A DNA stretch of 64,000 bases from Bigelowiella natans CCMP2755 (taxonomy: Eukaryota > Protista > Cercozoa): the NCBI GenBank assembly GCA_000320545.1, contig ADNK01000693.1:9242-73241 (forward strand), read 5' to 3'. A model generated the notes under the pieces. That model did not search any database. It was given only the letters and a program-made list of their open reading frames with translations, and was not told the DNA's origin. Shown one piece after another: positions 20,195 through 33,991 of this stretch (position 1 is the stretch's first letter; each line of letters starts with the position of its first letter). Position numbers and translations under genes: made by a program.

Positions 20195-22144
20195 ACAGTG
20201 GCAGAAGTTGTGGCAGCAGCGACGAGGATGCGAAAGATGGTAGAAGCTACAATAATCACGACAATGGCAATCACGATGACGACGACATCAGCTCTGCTAA
20301 GCATAGTCGGCAACGACGATTCTTCAACACTACTACTACTAGTAGTAGTAATAGTTTCCGTGACAATCAGCAGCACGACGATGGGCTCTATGAGAAGCTA
20401 GCACACTCGGTGACTCGAATGGGGTTCATAAACTACTTCGGTGAACAACGATTCTCGATGACCCCTGCTCATTTGGGAAAAGCGTATCTATTGAGAAGGT
20501 AGATGATGATGATGATGATGATGATGATGACTATCATCAACAAGAAGCAGCTGGAAACAAGAGAAACATACAAACACACCATACGCTAAACAGATATCTA
20601 TCACAAATAGCTTCTTCATATACTGTCTTTGTTGTCAATTACATGAAGGTACGTCGATTGTATTCGGTACATATTGTCGCCTGATATTGACGGGGCAGCG
20701 TGGCAGTATGAAGCGTACTATCAGTGGTGGGCTCGGTAGTATTATCCATAATGTTAATGATCCATTGTAATAGAAAGCTAATGGTATTTATGATGTTGAT
20801 GATCCGAAAGAGCAAGAAAATTGCCCCGATTGAATGTGTTGTATAAAGTATTATGTGAGATTTATCATCATCCAAAGAACGACTTAGTAATAATAATAAT
20901 AATAATATTTGTAGTAATATGATGCTGATGATGCTGATGATGGTGATGTGGTGGCAGTGCTGTATATTGACCGTTGCTTCTTACAATCTATCACCCATCG
21001 TTTCACCACTGTTCATTAGGCGGAAAGGACCCATACGAGAAGCAGCAAAAGCAACACTACTCTGCGTTCCAAAGCATATGTCATTTATACAAACCTACGT
21101 GCTGAGCTATATCATCAAGCATGCAGATAAGGGGATTTCATGGGATGATCAATATGGTGGGGCTGGGGCTGGGGCTGAGGAGGAGGTTGAGGAGGAGGAG
21201 GAGGTTGAGGAGGAGGAGGAGGAGAAGGAGCATATATCATCACCAAAACAAGATGATGATAATGATGACGACAAACTCAACAGCCGTTGTGATGATGACG
21301 ATGACGATGATGACTCTGATTGCAATGAGGAGGAGAAAGAAATCCCGTGCCATTACTTGAGAAGAAATCATATCTACGCTCTTTGCAGGTTCGTTGTGTC
21401 CTGATTAGTAAAGAACACACACTATCTGTATTTATTCATTTCGCCTTTGTAGGAGCGCGTTCTTATCGATTCCATGGCAGAGTCGGCAACTTGCAGCAAG
21501 GCACAACAAATAATATTTCGATAAATGAGAGAGGGAAGGAGAGGGATAGTGATGGGGGGGGGAAGAGGGGAGAGAGGAGGGAAGAGTAAGAAATATGGGT
21601 AAAGCGATGAAAGGGAGGGAAGGTCATAAATAGATCCATAATTATCTTGCTTGACGTATGATATATGATATCATTGATGTTGTTCAAGTTAAACAACAAC
21701 AACAACAACATCATTATCATCATCATTATCATCATCATCATCATCATCATCAAATGATGTTCTCCATTCTTCCAGCTCATAATTGCATGGGTGTGATGGA
21801 TGTTGCTGCTGTTGTTGTTGTTGCTGCTGCTGCTACTGATGCGAAACGACGACGACGACGAGCAGGGCCTACCACAGCAGAGTTTGGAACTTCTTGGTGA
21901 CAGAACGTATACATAGGTTGGTTGTTGTTATCATGGTGGTGGTGATGCTACTGCTGCTGCTGCTGGGGGTGATGGATTCAATACAGGAAGGGGGGGGGTG
22001 GTAAGGGTTATGACATACATATTATAATAATATGTGAATGTGTGTTTATATGATAGAAAACATCAGCAATAGATTAAGATGATAAGAACGATGTCTACGA
22101 TGCAAATGGTTAGTGAGTGGGTCTTAATTTGTGGTCTTAGTGTG

Positions 22145-22183
<39 letters not shown>

Positions 22184-22190
22184 CGCTACT

Positions 22191-22228
<38 letters not shown>

Positions 22229-23779
22229 GCTGCGAAGATATGGCTTGCAACTAGTAGCTGGGGATCTCGTCGTCACAAGTAATAGCAGTATTAGTAGTAG
22301 AAGCAACTAAAGAAATTATCAAATTAACAATGACTATTATTGCACACGTGTACAGTTGTTCGTACTGCTTTGAGTGGGCATTGATGTTATTGTTGTTGTT
22401 GTTGTTGTTGTCGTCGTATTTTCCTTGGAACACAATAGGAAATGAAAGTCTTCGGCTAATATGCTACTACGCGCCGCCTGAGCCAGCAGCCTTGTTGTTG
22501 TCACGTCCCAAAGATGGCCATTATTTTGATGGACAAAATGATGGATATGGAGAAGCATGCGGAATTAGTCAAGGAGGAGGGGGAAAGAGATGTAAGGCTA
22601 CAACTTTTGACGATACATTTGAAGTAGCACAAGGAAGAGCTTCACTAAAAGGAGGAGCAACTCGAAAAAGGGGATTAGTACACGGAAAGATGACATCCGA
22701 TGCAAATCTTGGAGATCTTGTTCTTCCTATGCATGGCAGGAAGGTTTGAAGGAATTTCTGAAAATAAAAGCATGTGAGGAGTATTTGACAACCTCGTCGT
22801 TTTACTAAGAAGATCAAGGCTGCTACGCATTTAATAAAACACGCCTCATTTGATTGATGAAGTTATTGTTGTTTTTGCTTGTATGTTATACTCCTCGGAC
22901 GTAGGTTCGGTATCCTACTAATGGAGTCGGTAAAATCGCAAAGGTGTACATGGAATACGACGGCACCTTCGATGCCATGGTCATATATTCTCCGCAGCAA
23001 ATTGTTTTCTTTGGCTCTGATTGTTCTGATAGTTGGTTGTTAAACATGACAACGATGACGACCCATAGGATTGTTGGTGCTGCAATAATGTTGGCATTTA
23101 GTGTTACTGCTATCATCCTCACCATCATCAACAAATGCAACTATCAGACTCTCGAAGGTATTGATCGGACGTTTCTAGTTTGGGGATGCTACAGGAACGT
23201 TATCGGTACTCCGTACAATCTTTCGATAACACGGCATCAGACTTACAACAACAGAAATTGTCGTGGCCGTTGCCGCACTGTACAGGTCATTAGTTACTAC
23301 CAAACGAGACTAGTAAGGAGAGGACGTTCCAAAAGTATCTCCATGAATGATTGATCCACATTGCCGACAATACCTTTATGAAACAGAATAGCAACAGCAC
23401 CGAGATTGGAACAAGGCGAGGGGGACATGATGAAATAGAAGAAGAACAAGAAGGAATGACTAGGGATCTTCTAGATAATACCAATGAACACATTGTAAGC
23501 AGAACGACAAGAAGACGACGACAACGGCGACCAATAAAACAGAAGTTTCAGAGGTACACCTCACCCGATGAAAGGGGTTTGAGAAATCATCAGAAACTCA
23601 AACAGTTTCTTGGAGATTACAATAGTAACCAACCTCCCTCTATCAGCTATAAGAATACAACGAAATTTAGGAAAATACCGGAATCAGAAGATCATACCGC
23701 TGCGTGCTTGCAATTTGTATTAGATAAGGGAAGTTACGCAACAATGCTGTGTCGGGAGCTTGTTAATTGCAATCATTAA
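17140..23779 (+). CDS. PUS7/TruD-family pseudouridine synthase with N-terminal PPR-like repeats and a signal-peptide-like leader
   Basis: TruD motifs in order: GQIRFRPSDFVVDEV, FGNKDSRAVTTQ (catalytic Asp), GNKFKIVVR, GFINYFGEQRF, DLVLPMHGRK|VRYPTN, GCYRNVI, LQFVLDKGSYATMLCREL. PPR-like motifs in the first exon: LISKCGRARRWERALELL, LLACVKSKRPQQALQIV, AISACAKGREWQLAEMLL. Confidence 0.88.
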
Positions 23780-24536
23780 AACATGTTTGAATAACCAAGT
23801 TCATAATGATACTTTGTTCCATATTATGCAAATTAAAGAAAAAATAATTGCCTGTTTAAAAAAAAATGTATCTTTGTACGTGTACACGCGTGAGCACATG
23901 TGCAATTTGCTATTTGAAGAAAAACTAATGCTAATCACTGTTTCACTCTGGCAATGGCAGTGGTTACTGTGTTTCGGTTGGTCTGTTAGATTTACAAGCC
24001 AGATTAAAATTGTATCAAATTAAAGTATCAGAGTGTTCCAATGACGCGTAGCCCTTATTATTGCACACATAATGCGCAGTCAATCAGTGGCTGCGCACAA
24101 ACGATTTGCTGGTGCGACAATTACTTTAAACGCATACCATGTGCTTTATTAACAAGGAGTATCGATTCCAAGATGTATTTTCACAACTGCTGTTTTTGCA
24201 TGTATATGTACGTAGTATTGATTACGTATCCGAATCAACATACAGGTGTGCACTGTTGCTTATATGGCTACGGTTGATGTTAGTATCTTAGATATTGTGC
24301 GCAGCACTCTTGTTATTCGTCTTACAGCTGAAACCGTCGCTTGGTGTGACATAGGCCCAGGCACATATTTGAGCATCCATGTACTCGCAAAAGTAAATCA
24401 AGCACAACGCACAACCCATGATCATTCCTTGCAATAAAAAGCATAGCTCTACTATCATAATCATAACCACCCTCTAATGATTTTTTATGTACATTGCTTC
24501 ACCATCACATACATTATTTCATCAAGGATCATCCTC

Positions 24537-25054
24537 TTAACTACTACAGTAATCATCTATCGATGTTCGACTCTAATGCTACTTCCTGATCTTACAGCTC
24601 GAAACCTAACACAATAATAGTGAAATAAACAAGTTGAAAATCATACGAGAAGGGCAAATAAGCTATGTGGCTCTAGTTTTATTCTCAATGTGTAAATGCA
24701 AAATAAGCTCAAAATCCATTTCTTTTTTAGTTGTTATCGAATATCGATACGTTTTTACCTCTCCCCTTTTGTATCATTTGACAGCAAATCCAACACGGGA
24801 GGGGAGCGTTGGTATCCTATGAACACTGTATGCACTGCGACACCTACCGAGTTGAGACGATAAACACTAATTACAGTAATAACTACATGATGAGGAAACA
24901 TAATGCTTTGTTTCTGGCTGATTCGAATCATACTTGTTAGTAGTCTTATTATTACCAATTGATAGTAATACCTAATGCATGAGCTAATTGACGCTCCACA
25001 GTGACACGACAGTCGCCTGGTGTTTGTTGTTGTTAGATTTGAACAATACATGCA

Positions 25055-25091
<37 letters not shown>

Positions 25092-25924
25092 ATTTCATCA
25101 TCATCGTCGTCGTCGTCCAATATAAATAATCAAAGGATCATAAATAAGCTAACAAAACAACATTAGTTGCTGCTACTACCACATATAGGGGTAGAGTTGT
25201 TGTTGTAAGGTTTGTGTTTTTGTTATTGTTATTGTAGTTGTTGTTACCACATATGTACCTTGATTAGGCAGACCATCAGTGAGAAAAAGGATGTGTCTAT
25301 TGGGTTTTTTGCTGCTGCCACTATTGATCGATGAGGATGATAATGACGACGACGACGATGATGATGATGATGAAGTAGAGGAGTACATCCTGGATCGAGG
25401 ATTCTTCGTTATCAACCCCAACACACACACAGCAAACGTAAAACAATCAGAACGATACACAGCAGCAGCAGCAGTATTGTGATGAAAGAAGGAGAAACAA
25501 CTTTACACATTATATCATCACACAAATCAACAGCAGAAAAATTGTTGTCGTTGCTGTTGTTGTTGTTGTTGTTGTTGCAGTCGTTCTCACTTTTTGAGGG
25601 GTAAGATTTTCAAACTCCATGAGAGCATCCTTAAGAGGATCTTGGTAGTTGGTATAACCATCACAGTGAAGTGCAGCTGCAAGCTCGCATACCTTATTGT
25701 GCCGATGATAATTTAAATATTATGATGAATAAGAGGATGATGATGATGATGATGGCATTTATGAATCTTCTTTACTAACATCTATCACACAGCAATTAAT
25801 ATAATTACCATCATTATCATCAAACGGTCACTGTATTGGTATAAGTCAACGGTGCATCGTATGAATTGTCAAGATCATATACAACAACAACATATTGAGA
25901 GATCACAATCATGATAACATACAA

Positions 25925-26006
<82 letters not shown>

Positions 26007-27284
26007 CACTGTGGCACTACCACCACTGCTACGTGAGTACCTTATCATGATCTCTTGAAAAGAATTGTCCCTTTGGAGTGTACTTTTTACTTTGATGATT
26101 GAACTCGATATAGCTGAGGATGCATAGGACATTAGATCACTATAAGTACCACTTGTTTGTCATGTTAAGCATAGAGGAGGGAGGGAGGGGAGGGAGGGAG
26201 GGAGGGTGTATACGAGGATGAGGGGCATCAGCTAGCCACGCCGATTATAATCATCATGTATATTCCAGAAGAGAATGATGGAGGGGAGGAGGGGGAAGAT
26301 GCATTGTTTATTATGAAGAAGTCTTCAAGGAAGCAACACGTAGTACTATGTATGGCTGCCTCTTTCGGTAGGTTCTTCTTACTATGATTCATATCTACAC
26401 GTGATCATCATACTCTTGATTATCATCATCTGACTACCCTACTCGCATCCAATTCTTCTTAGCAATGTGGATCAACCGTTGTATTACCTGAAGGAGGAAC
26501 AATAAACTCAGTGGGTAATAATAATAACAATAGTAACAATAATAATAACAATAATAATAATAGCTACACTATACTCTATCTGCTACAGCTACTATCGCTG
26601 CTGCTTCTGCCTCCTTTTGTTGCTGCTTGTTGTTGATAATGATATAATACTCTTTCTTTCGGTAAGAATGCCGACTACTAATAAGCATTCCCAATCATAA
26701 ATCATAGCGTATTATTGACAGACCCTCTATTATGACTGACCGGATATGTTCTTTTCCTTAAAGAATCATTCATTAATTCGTTGAATAATGTGTTGTTATT
26801 TACTACCTCAGATGCCCACTGCGCTTTGATTCCATTCATTGAACCAGAAATGTCACGTAAAATAGCTAACTCACCACTTGTTTTCTCAGACGCTCTTTCA
26901 TCAGCAGCAAGCAGCCCCGTGTAATGAATGGAGGGAGGAGGAGGAGGAGGAGGAGACAGCACCATATACACATATAAACAAATATAATACACACACATAT
27001 TAATATATGATACATTAAGGATGCATTTCCTATCATATTTCTGTTGTCCGCCCCCCCCCCCCAGCCCCTCGCTCTCTCACCTTCCTGTTATGACTGTGTT
27101 GTTTTGTCCCATAAACAAATATGGTGTGCTGCTACTGCTGCTACTACTTCTATCAAGTATCACTACCTCTCCATTGATCGTGGTAGTGTTGGCATTGGAT
27201 TTGCGACCCAATTGGCCATTTCTGCAGGTTCGCTATCTTCCATATCACCTTTTATGTACGTAAGTGACAACCACCGAAAGGCAG

Positions 27285-27319
<35 letters not shown>

Positions 27320-29537
27320 ATTATATGATGATATATATTAATATCTAAACTGTAGGACAGAGAGAAAGAGCAACTTCTAGCTGATTATAGCATAATAATT
27401 AGATTACTTATAAAGATGTTATCATTCTCATTTGTACTCTCATTGCATATTGTGAAATCGCTGACTACAAATATAACAATATCTATTGTTCTTTATATAT
27501 CATATCAGTAAAAGCAGCTAGAGTTAGAGTTATCACCAAAGCTCCTCGAGGGTTTCCATTTTCGAGGGACCCCACTAGATGAAGGACCGCCAGTCACCTT
27601 TGCGCGCTGTAAATTGATTAATTTATCAATACTTATTTGTTCGCAACTCATAGAATGATGATAGAAGCAGGTTTTTACATCAGGAAAAACACTTTGTAGT
27701 ATATGTTTTGTCGCCGCATCATCATCATCATCATCATCATCATCATTATTTTCCCACGATGATTGTTAATCAATGTACTCAAAGAGAGTATCTGTACTTT
27801 GAATAAGGCCTTGCCCCTGTTCTTCTTATTCTTTGTTATCATTATTGTTATTTATGTTACAAACTGTCCGTTGGTTTGTCTATGGTTGTTGTTGTCTCAT
27901 TGTTGCCAATGATTAAGATGTGTTTGCTGAACCAACCTGCATTCTCCCTGAAAGTGCATTGAGCAATAAATCCATGTTTTCTATTTGCGAGGAAGAAGAC
28001 TCATACTGTTCCTCCAAGCTCTGATGGTGATGGTGGTGGTGTGATGATGATGATTATGATTATGATGATGTTTACTATTATAATGCTAACGACACACACA
28101 CACACACACACCACATACACATGGAAAACACATGGACCTTCGTTGCTGTATAGGGGTTAGGCCACTGCCTGATGTGCCCGTTTTCCTTATCATCATCTAT
28201 GTTATAATGTGAAAAAGAGAGAGAGAACGAGGGGGGGAGGGAGGGAATTAGCGTGAAACAGCAAGCGCTGTACATAATCTAATTGTCATAATGAATGAAG
28301 TGCGTGATGACAATGATTGGTAGGTGGTGAGCAATCATCATGATCAATACTGTTGACCATTGCTGCTGTCTGTCGGTCGTTCATCACGATGTGTGAGTGA
28401 ATCATCCAAATTTCATCATCATCATCATCATTTGCTGTCTATTCTCCTGCTATTTACAACTACTGGGATTGCTACTATTGCTGGTACTACTACTACTTTT
28501 ACTACTACTACTACCCTTTTCTTTGTCTGCTGCTGTTGTTGTTTCCTCATCGTCCAAGGGGTTATTAGCATCGGTCCCCTCTTTCTCATCACCATCATTC
28601 TTGCCGCTATTCATCGAGTCATTCTGGTGTGCAATTTTATTTGAGGGGAGGATTGTTTGTATAACATCATTTAGTCGTTCAAAGAGGGAGCAAACAAGAC
28701 AATGAGCTAATACAATTGTTATTTATCGTCATCTTCATCGAGTTGTATCACCATCTTGTAGTCTTGCTGTGTCTTATTGAGAATGAAATCGATCATCTTT
28801 TGAAGAGACCTAGTTTGACGATATGGTTCAAGTGGAATGTGTGTGTTATCGTACTACTATCTAGATGACGACGATGATGATGATGATGATGATGATGAGG
28901 ATACTCACACCAATTAAACGAATGTTAGCTAGAAATCATATAAGATCTCACAAGTTGGTTTTACCAACAGGAGGCTAATCGTAATGTTTGTGTTGCGTTT
29001 AAGTAACACCTGCTGCCCGTTTGCTGCTGCTGTTCCTGTTCCTGATTTGCTCCTTCCTTGTTATGCTTCTAAATGACAGTGGAAAAAGGGAGAATCAAGA
29101 CATCAACCATACACATGTTATGTAAACATTTAGCTGGTAGCTTTAGCTAAATGATAAGAAGTGCGAAACACACTGGTTCAATAGGAAGAACAATGTGCAC
29201 ACAACCCCCGCCATCACCAGCATTACTATAAACAGCAGCAGCAGCAGCAGTAGTCCTAAGAACAATTAACTCATCAACTAACCGACTGACTAACCAACCT
29301 CGAGAATATCGAAGTCTATCGTCAATCTAGGTGCCGCAGAAGAAGATGAAGAAGATGATGATAATGACGAATCCTGTGGAAATTAAGGTAAAAACATATG
29401 TATCTAATAAGATACGACTGCGGAATGAAGATGAATATAATTATATGTGTATAGATATATTGGCAGGTAATAAATAATTCTCTATTACGTTAGGAGGATG
29501 AGATGTCATATATCATAAAGGCCCTCTCTTTCTCTCG

Positions 29538-29582
<45 letters not shown>

Positions 29583-29973
29583 CTAAGGTGGCAAGGAAGC
29601 TAGAAGAGAGATCAGGACGAGTGATGAATATCTTTAACACAACACTATACAGCTCGTTTGTAAAACATGCAGCGGTTGGGAGAAAACCATGCACGCAAGT
29701 AGAGAAATCGTTAGTTTTTTGAAATGACTGAGTATACTGCTCCTGCTACTACCACACATGGTTGCTTGTTTGTTTTCTAAATCTTTCACACACTACTGTA
29801 ATCTTCTATATTCTGAGAGTACATGTGGTGCATAGGAAGAAGATGAGGAGACAGAGCTAGAAGATGAACGTTCTGCAATAACATATGAGATGGTGGGTAG
29901 GGAGAGAGTAGCAAGGGCGTGAGGAAGGGGATTAAATAGATAATGAAGAGGACGATGATGATGATGCTGCGGG

Positions 29974-30011
<38 letters not shown>

Positions 30012-30718
30012 GATCAACCTCCATTACTTCCTCCTGCTCCTGGCTCTTCACCCTGTACTCCTCCTCCTTCTCCTCTACTATCATTTTTCATCGTTGTGTT
30101 GTTGTCGCTAGAGGAAGCAGGAGGCGAAGAGGGGGATCCTTGATTGTTGTTACCATTGTTGTTGTTATGAGGATTGCCATCCTCCTCTCCCCCCTCCTTT
30201 CCATCAGTACCCTCATTCCCTGCTGCTGCTGATGATAATGATAATTAAAAAAAATGGGGCGATAACAGTGACAGCCGTCAATCGGAGGAAGAAGCAAACA
30301 GCACCAAAGAACAATGAATGGAATGGTCCTCTTTTCGAAAAAAAGCCAAACGACGGGACAATAACCTATCTCATTTAGGTCAAAGCAGTCTAACAGCATT
30401 AGCATATCAGCATTACCATCACCTGCATTTTCTCCTTCTTTCTTCTTTTTCTTCTCTTCCTCCTCTGTCTTCATATTGTTATTGCCCTCTTGTTCAATTT
30501 TTTTTTCTTCTTCTTCCTCCTCCTCCTCGTCCTCCTCACGGTCCTTAAGAGTCTCCAGGAGCGCATTTATCAGTAATGGAACCTTGGGGGCATTGCATAG
30601 TTATTATTGTGGTGGTGGTGGTAGTAGTAAAACCGTATCAATGCTTTCAGATTAAATACTGTGCCAAACTTGCCTTTACTCCTTGCTCTCATTCCACCAC
30701 TATCACCAACATCTTCAC

Positions 30719-30750
<32 letters not shown>

Positions 30751-30996
30751 CACCATGAAAAGGTAGGGTATGAAGTATATAGTAGTACCTCCTTGTGGAC
30801 TTCTGGAGGCACTCTATACGTTGTAATCAGTGACAATACCTAGCAGCACCGATCAATGAGAACAAGTAAAAGAATAAGAAGAAGAAGAAGAAGATTATAT
30901 GTCTCTCCCTTTCCCCTTTCCCTCTTCCAGTAAAGAATCAAACAGTTTTGCTTGTAATTCATTTTCTTCCTCATTTTCTTTACTAGTTTTCTTCTT

Positions 30997-31027
<31 letters not shown>

Positions 31028-31575
31028 ATCTGCTACTATTCTAACCTTGAGATCCTCCGGAGTTACGTGCATCCTCCCGTTAAGCAATGCATGGGCCTTT
31101 AGCACCTGATTACATAATCACAAGATGATAATTATGATCACAAGATGATGCTCATGATGGCAATCATCACGATGATGCGATGAGAACGAAAATACTAGGT
31201 GTAGGGGATATACACAACAATATAAGCTTTCTCTTCCTCTAGAGATTGAAAATAGATGTGTTGATAAAGTAGTTATGATTAAGGCAAAGGCGTGATTAGC
31301 ATAGCCGTAGAAGAATCCTATCTACTAGTAGTACTAGATGTGTTATCATTGTCGTTATTACTACACCGCCACCTTAACGGTTTTGACAAGCATAGTGCGG
31401 TCGGAGAGTATGTGGTTATGATCCTGCACCTTTTATCATTACAATGATCATCAATCATCATAAGTCAGGGATAGAGAAAATATAAAAATACGACGATGAT
31501 GTGACATTACCATTGTGAATGATTCATCATCCAACATGTCACTGATTGCAAGTACACTTAGCCGTAGTAGTAGTC

Positions 31576-31609
<34 letters not shown>

Positions 31610-32799
31610 AAATAGTAGTCATGAGTCCTCCTCCTATTCCTATTCTCCCTCCCTTCAGCACTCTGAGCTGGTGACAATATCATAAAATGCTGCTACCACC
31701 ACTACTACTACTGCTAGTGCTAATGCTGCTACCACTAGTAATACTCCTAATACTACTTCTACTACTACTCTATCGTCATTTTCCAGTGCTTGTATGAATG
31801 ATAGGAGTAACCGCTTCACTTTAATGGGAACCTTAGTACATCATGATTATCAGGATTAAAGTCGTTATCATTGCTCTCACTCTCCGCCTCTTCCTCCTTC
31901 TCCTCCTCCTCCTCCTCCTCCTCCTCCTCCTCCTCATCATCATCATCACTATCATTAAGATGGCAAATAAGAAAAAGGTAACAATAGTGGGCTGTAGTGG
32001 TATTTGTAATATTCGTAGTATAGTTGTAGTAGTACATGAACGTAAGATGCAAGCTTTTGAGAATCTCTCAAGAGATCTAAATTCATTTGCTGCTGCTGTT
32101 GCTGCTGCCTATACACGACGTTGGATCGGTGAAAGAGAGAATGAGAGAGTAGTACCAAGGTCAGTCGTCATCATTTGCTCACAAAACAGTTTTTGTACGT
32201 ACGTCTGTTTGTACCTCGATTTCTTCCACAACATCATACTACTACTACTACTACTACTTGATAGACTTATTGTGGCTATAATTGGTATTCATGCATGTTC
32301 TTACATTTTTCTATCATCATAATCCTTCTCTTCCACTTCTTCTTCATTCAGCTTGTCATTCTCTTTTAGAAATCCAGAACTTGTCGTAGTTGTCAAATCC
32401 CCAAAGTCGTCCATGAGCTGGTATCAGTCAATGACATTATTATTATTATTAATAATAATAATAGATAGGGACAACAATCAAGTTGCATTGTGATCGATTC
32501 CTCTCAAAGGATGATGTCGTCGTACGTGGGCATGTTGTTTGCATCATCATCATTCGTCATGTTCATCGTTGAAAATATTGTCAATACCTGCAACGCATCT
32601 TCCCAATTGTGATCCTGAATTAAGCTCTTCGATTCCACCTATTCATCAGTTTATTGTCAATACTCTATAAGGAGTCAATCAATAATCAGTCATGCCGAAG
32701 AGAGAGATTACATGGATATAAATCATATCTCCTTTTATCATCTTCCACTTCAATCGTCAGCAAGTCATCTCATCGTATAGCACGAGAAGTTATATAGTG

Positions 32800-32832
<33 letters not shown>

Positions 32833-33955
32833 ATAGTAGTAATGGTAGCAAAGGTAGCACTTACTTGCAGCACAAACCGATCTAAATTGGCAGGGTCTAG
32901 GGGTTCGTTGTAATATGATTCGTCGCTCGATGGATTTCCTACAACAATTAGTGAGTGACTGAGTGACTGATTAATTTGAGAAGGAAGAGGAAGAAAAAGA
33001 TGACCAGGCAAGTAAGTGGATAAATCATTAATTCCTCTTCTTCTTCTTCTTCTTATTATTATTATCATTATTATTTACTACAACCCTGCTACCTGTCGCA
33101 ATAGCGGTCAGAAGAGGAATGCTTTCTCCCTGAAACTTACGTTCATTCAATAACCTAAGGAGGATATTCAATGCCTCGCCTTTAACAACAACAATTTAGA
33201 AGAAGAACATCATCAGATAATTGAAGATATAAAGTGTTGTTGCAATCAATTGTACTACTACTAATACTACAACTAGTACTCGGTGAAGGAAGGAAAATGT
33301 TGTTTTGTGCTTCTTCTTCTTTCTTATCACCAGGAGCACGACTGATATCGTCCAGAACGCACATGTCACAAGTCAAAATTCCACCGCGATTATTCATCTA
33401 ACGTATTGGTGTCAGACATTTATTAGTGCATAGAAGGAGTAACATCAAATATTGACGACTTAGAGTAAGTATAGCAGCTATTGAGTATCAATACATTATC
33501 TAACAAATACTAGTTGTAGCAATACTATTGAAGTAGCAACCTGCTTGATTATTTCTCCTCCAGTCTCATCGTGTGTTGATTTGACCAAAACCTTGCGATA
33601 GATAGTATACAACAAGATTCTTTATTACTCCTCGAAATCACGTTACATATTATTCACAACACTCAAAAAGATTATTATTTTGTTGATCCACTTAGAAATA
33701 GACTACTACTACCGTGTCGCCAATTAGCTCAGAAAGACGTGTATCTCTATGGAATTGATAGAAAAAAAAATCGCCTCCAAACAACGCAGCCGTCGTCTCT
33801 GAAATTGTGAAAAATATGATCATAAGCATAAAATCCAACTCTTTCGTTCGTTTAACAAATGCACTGTGTTTTGCCTCCTCTTCTCTCTCGCTCATCAATA
33901 ACTGCCACTCCTCCTTGCGACGAGTAACAGGCTAGGAGACATGGAGGCGGAGACA

Positions 33956-33991
<36 letters not shown>

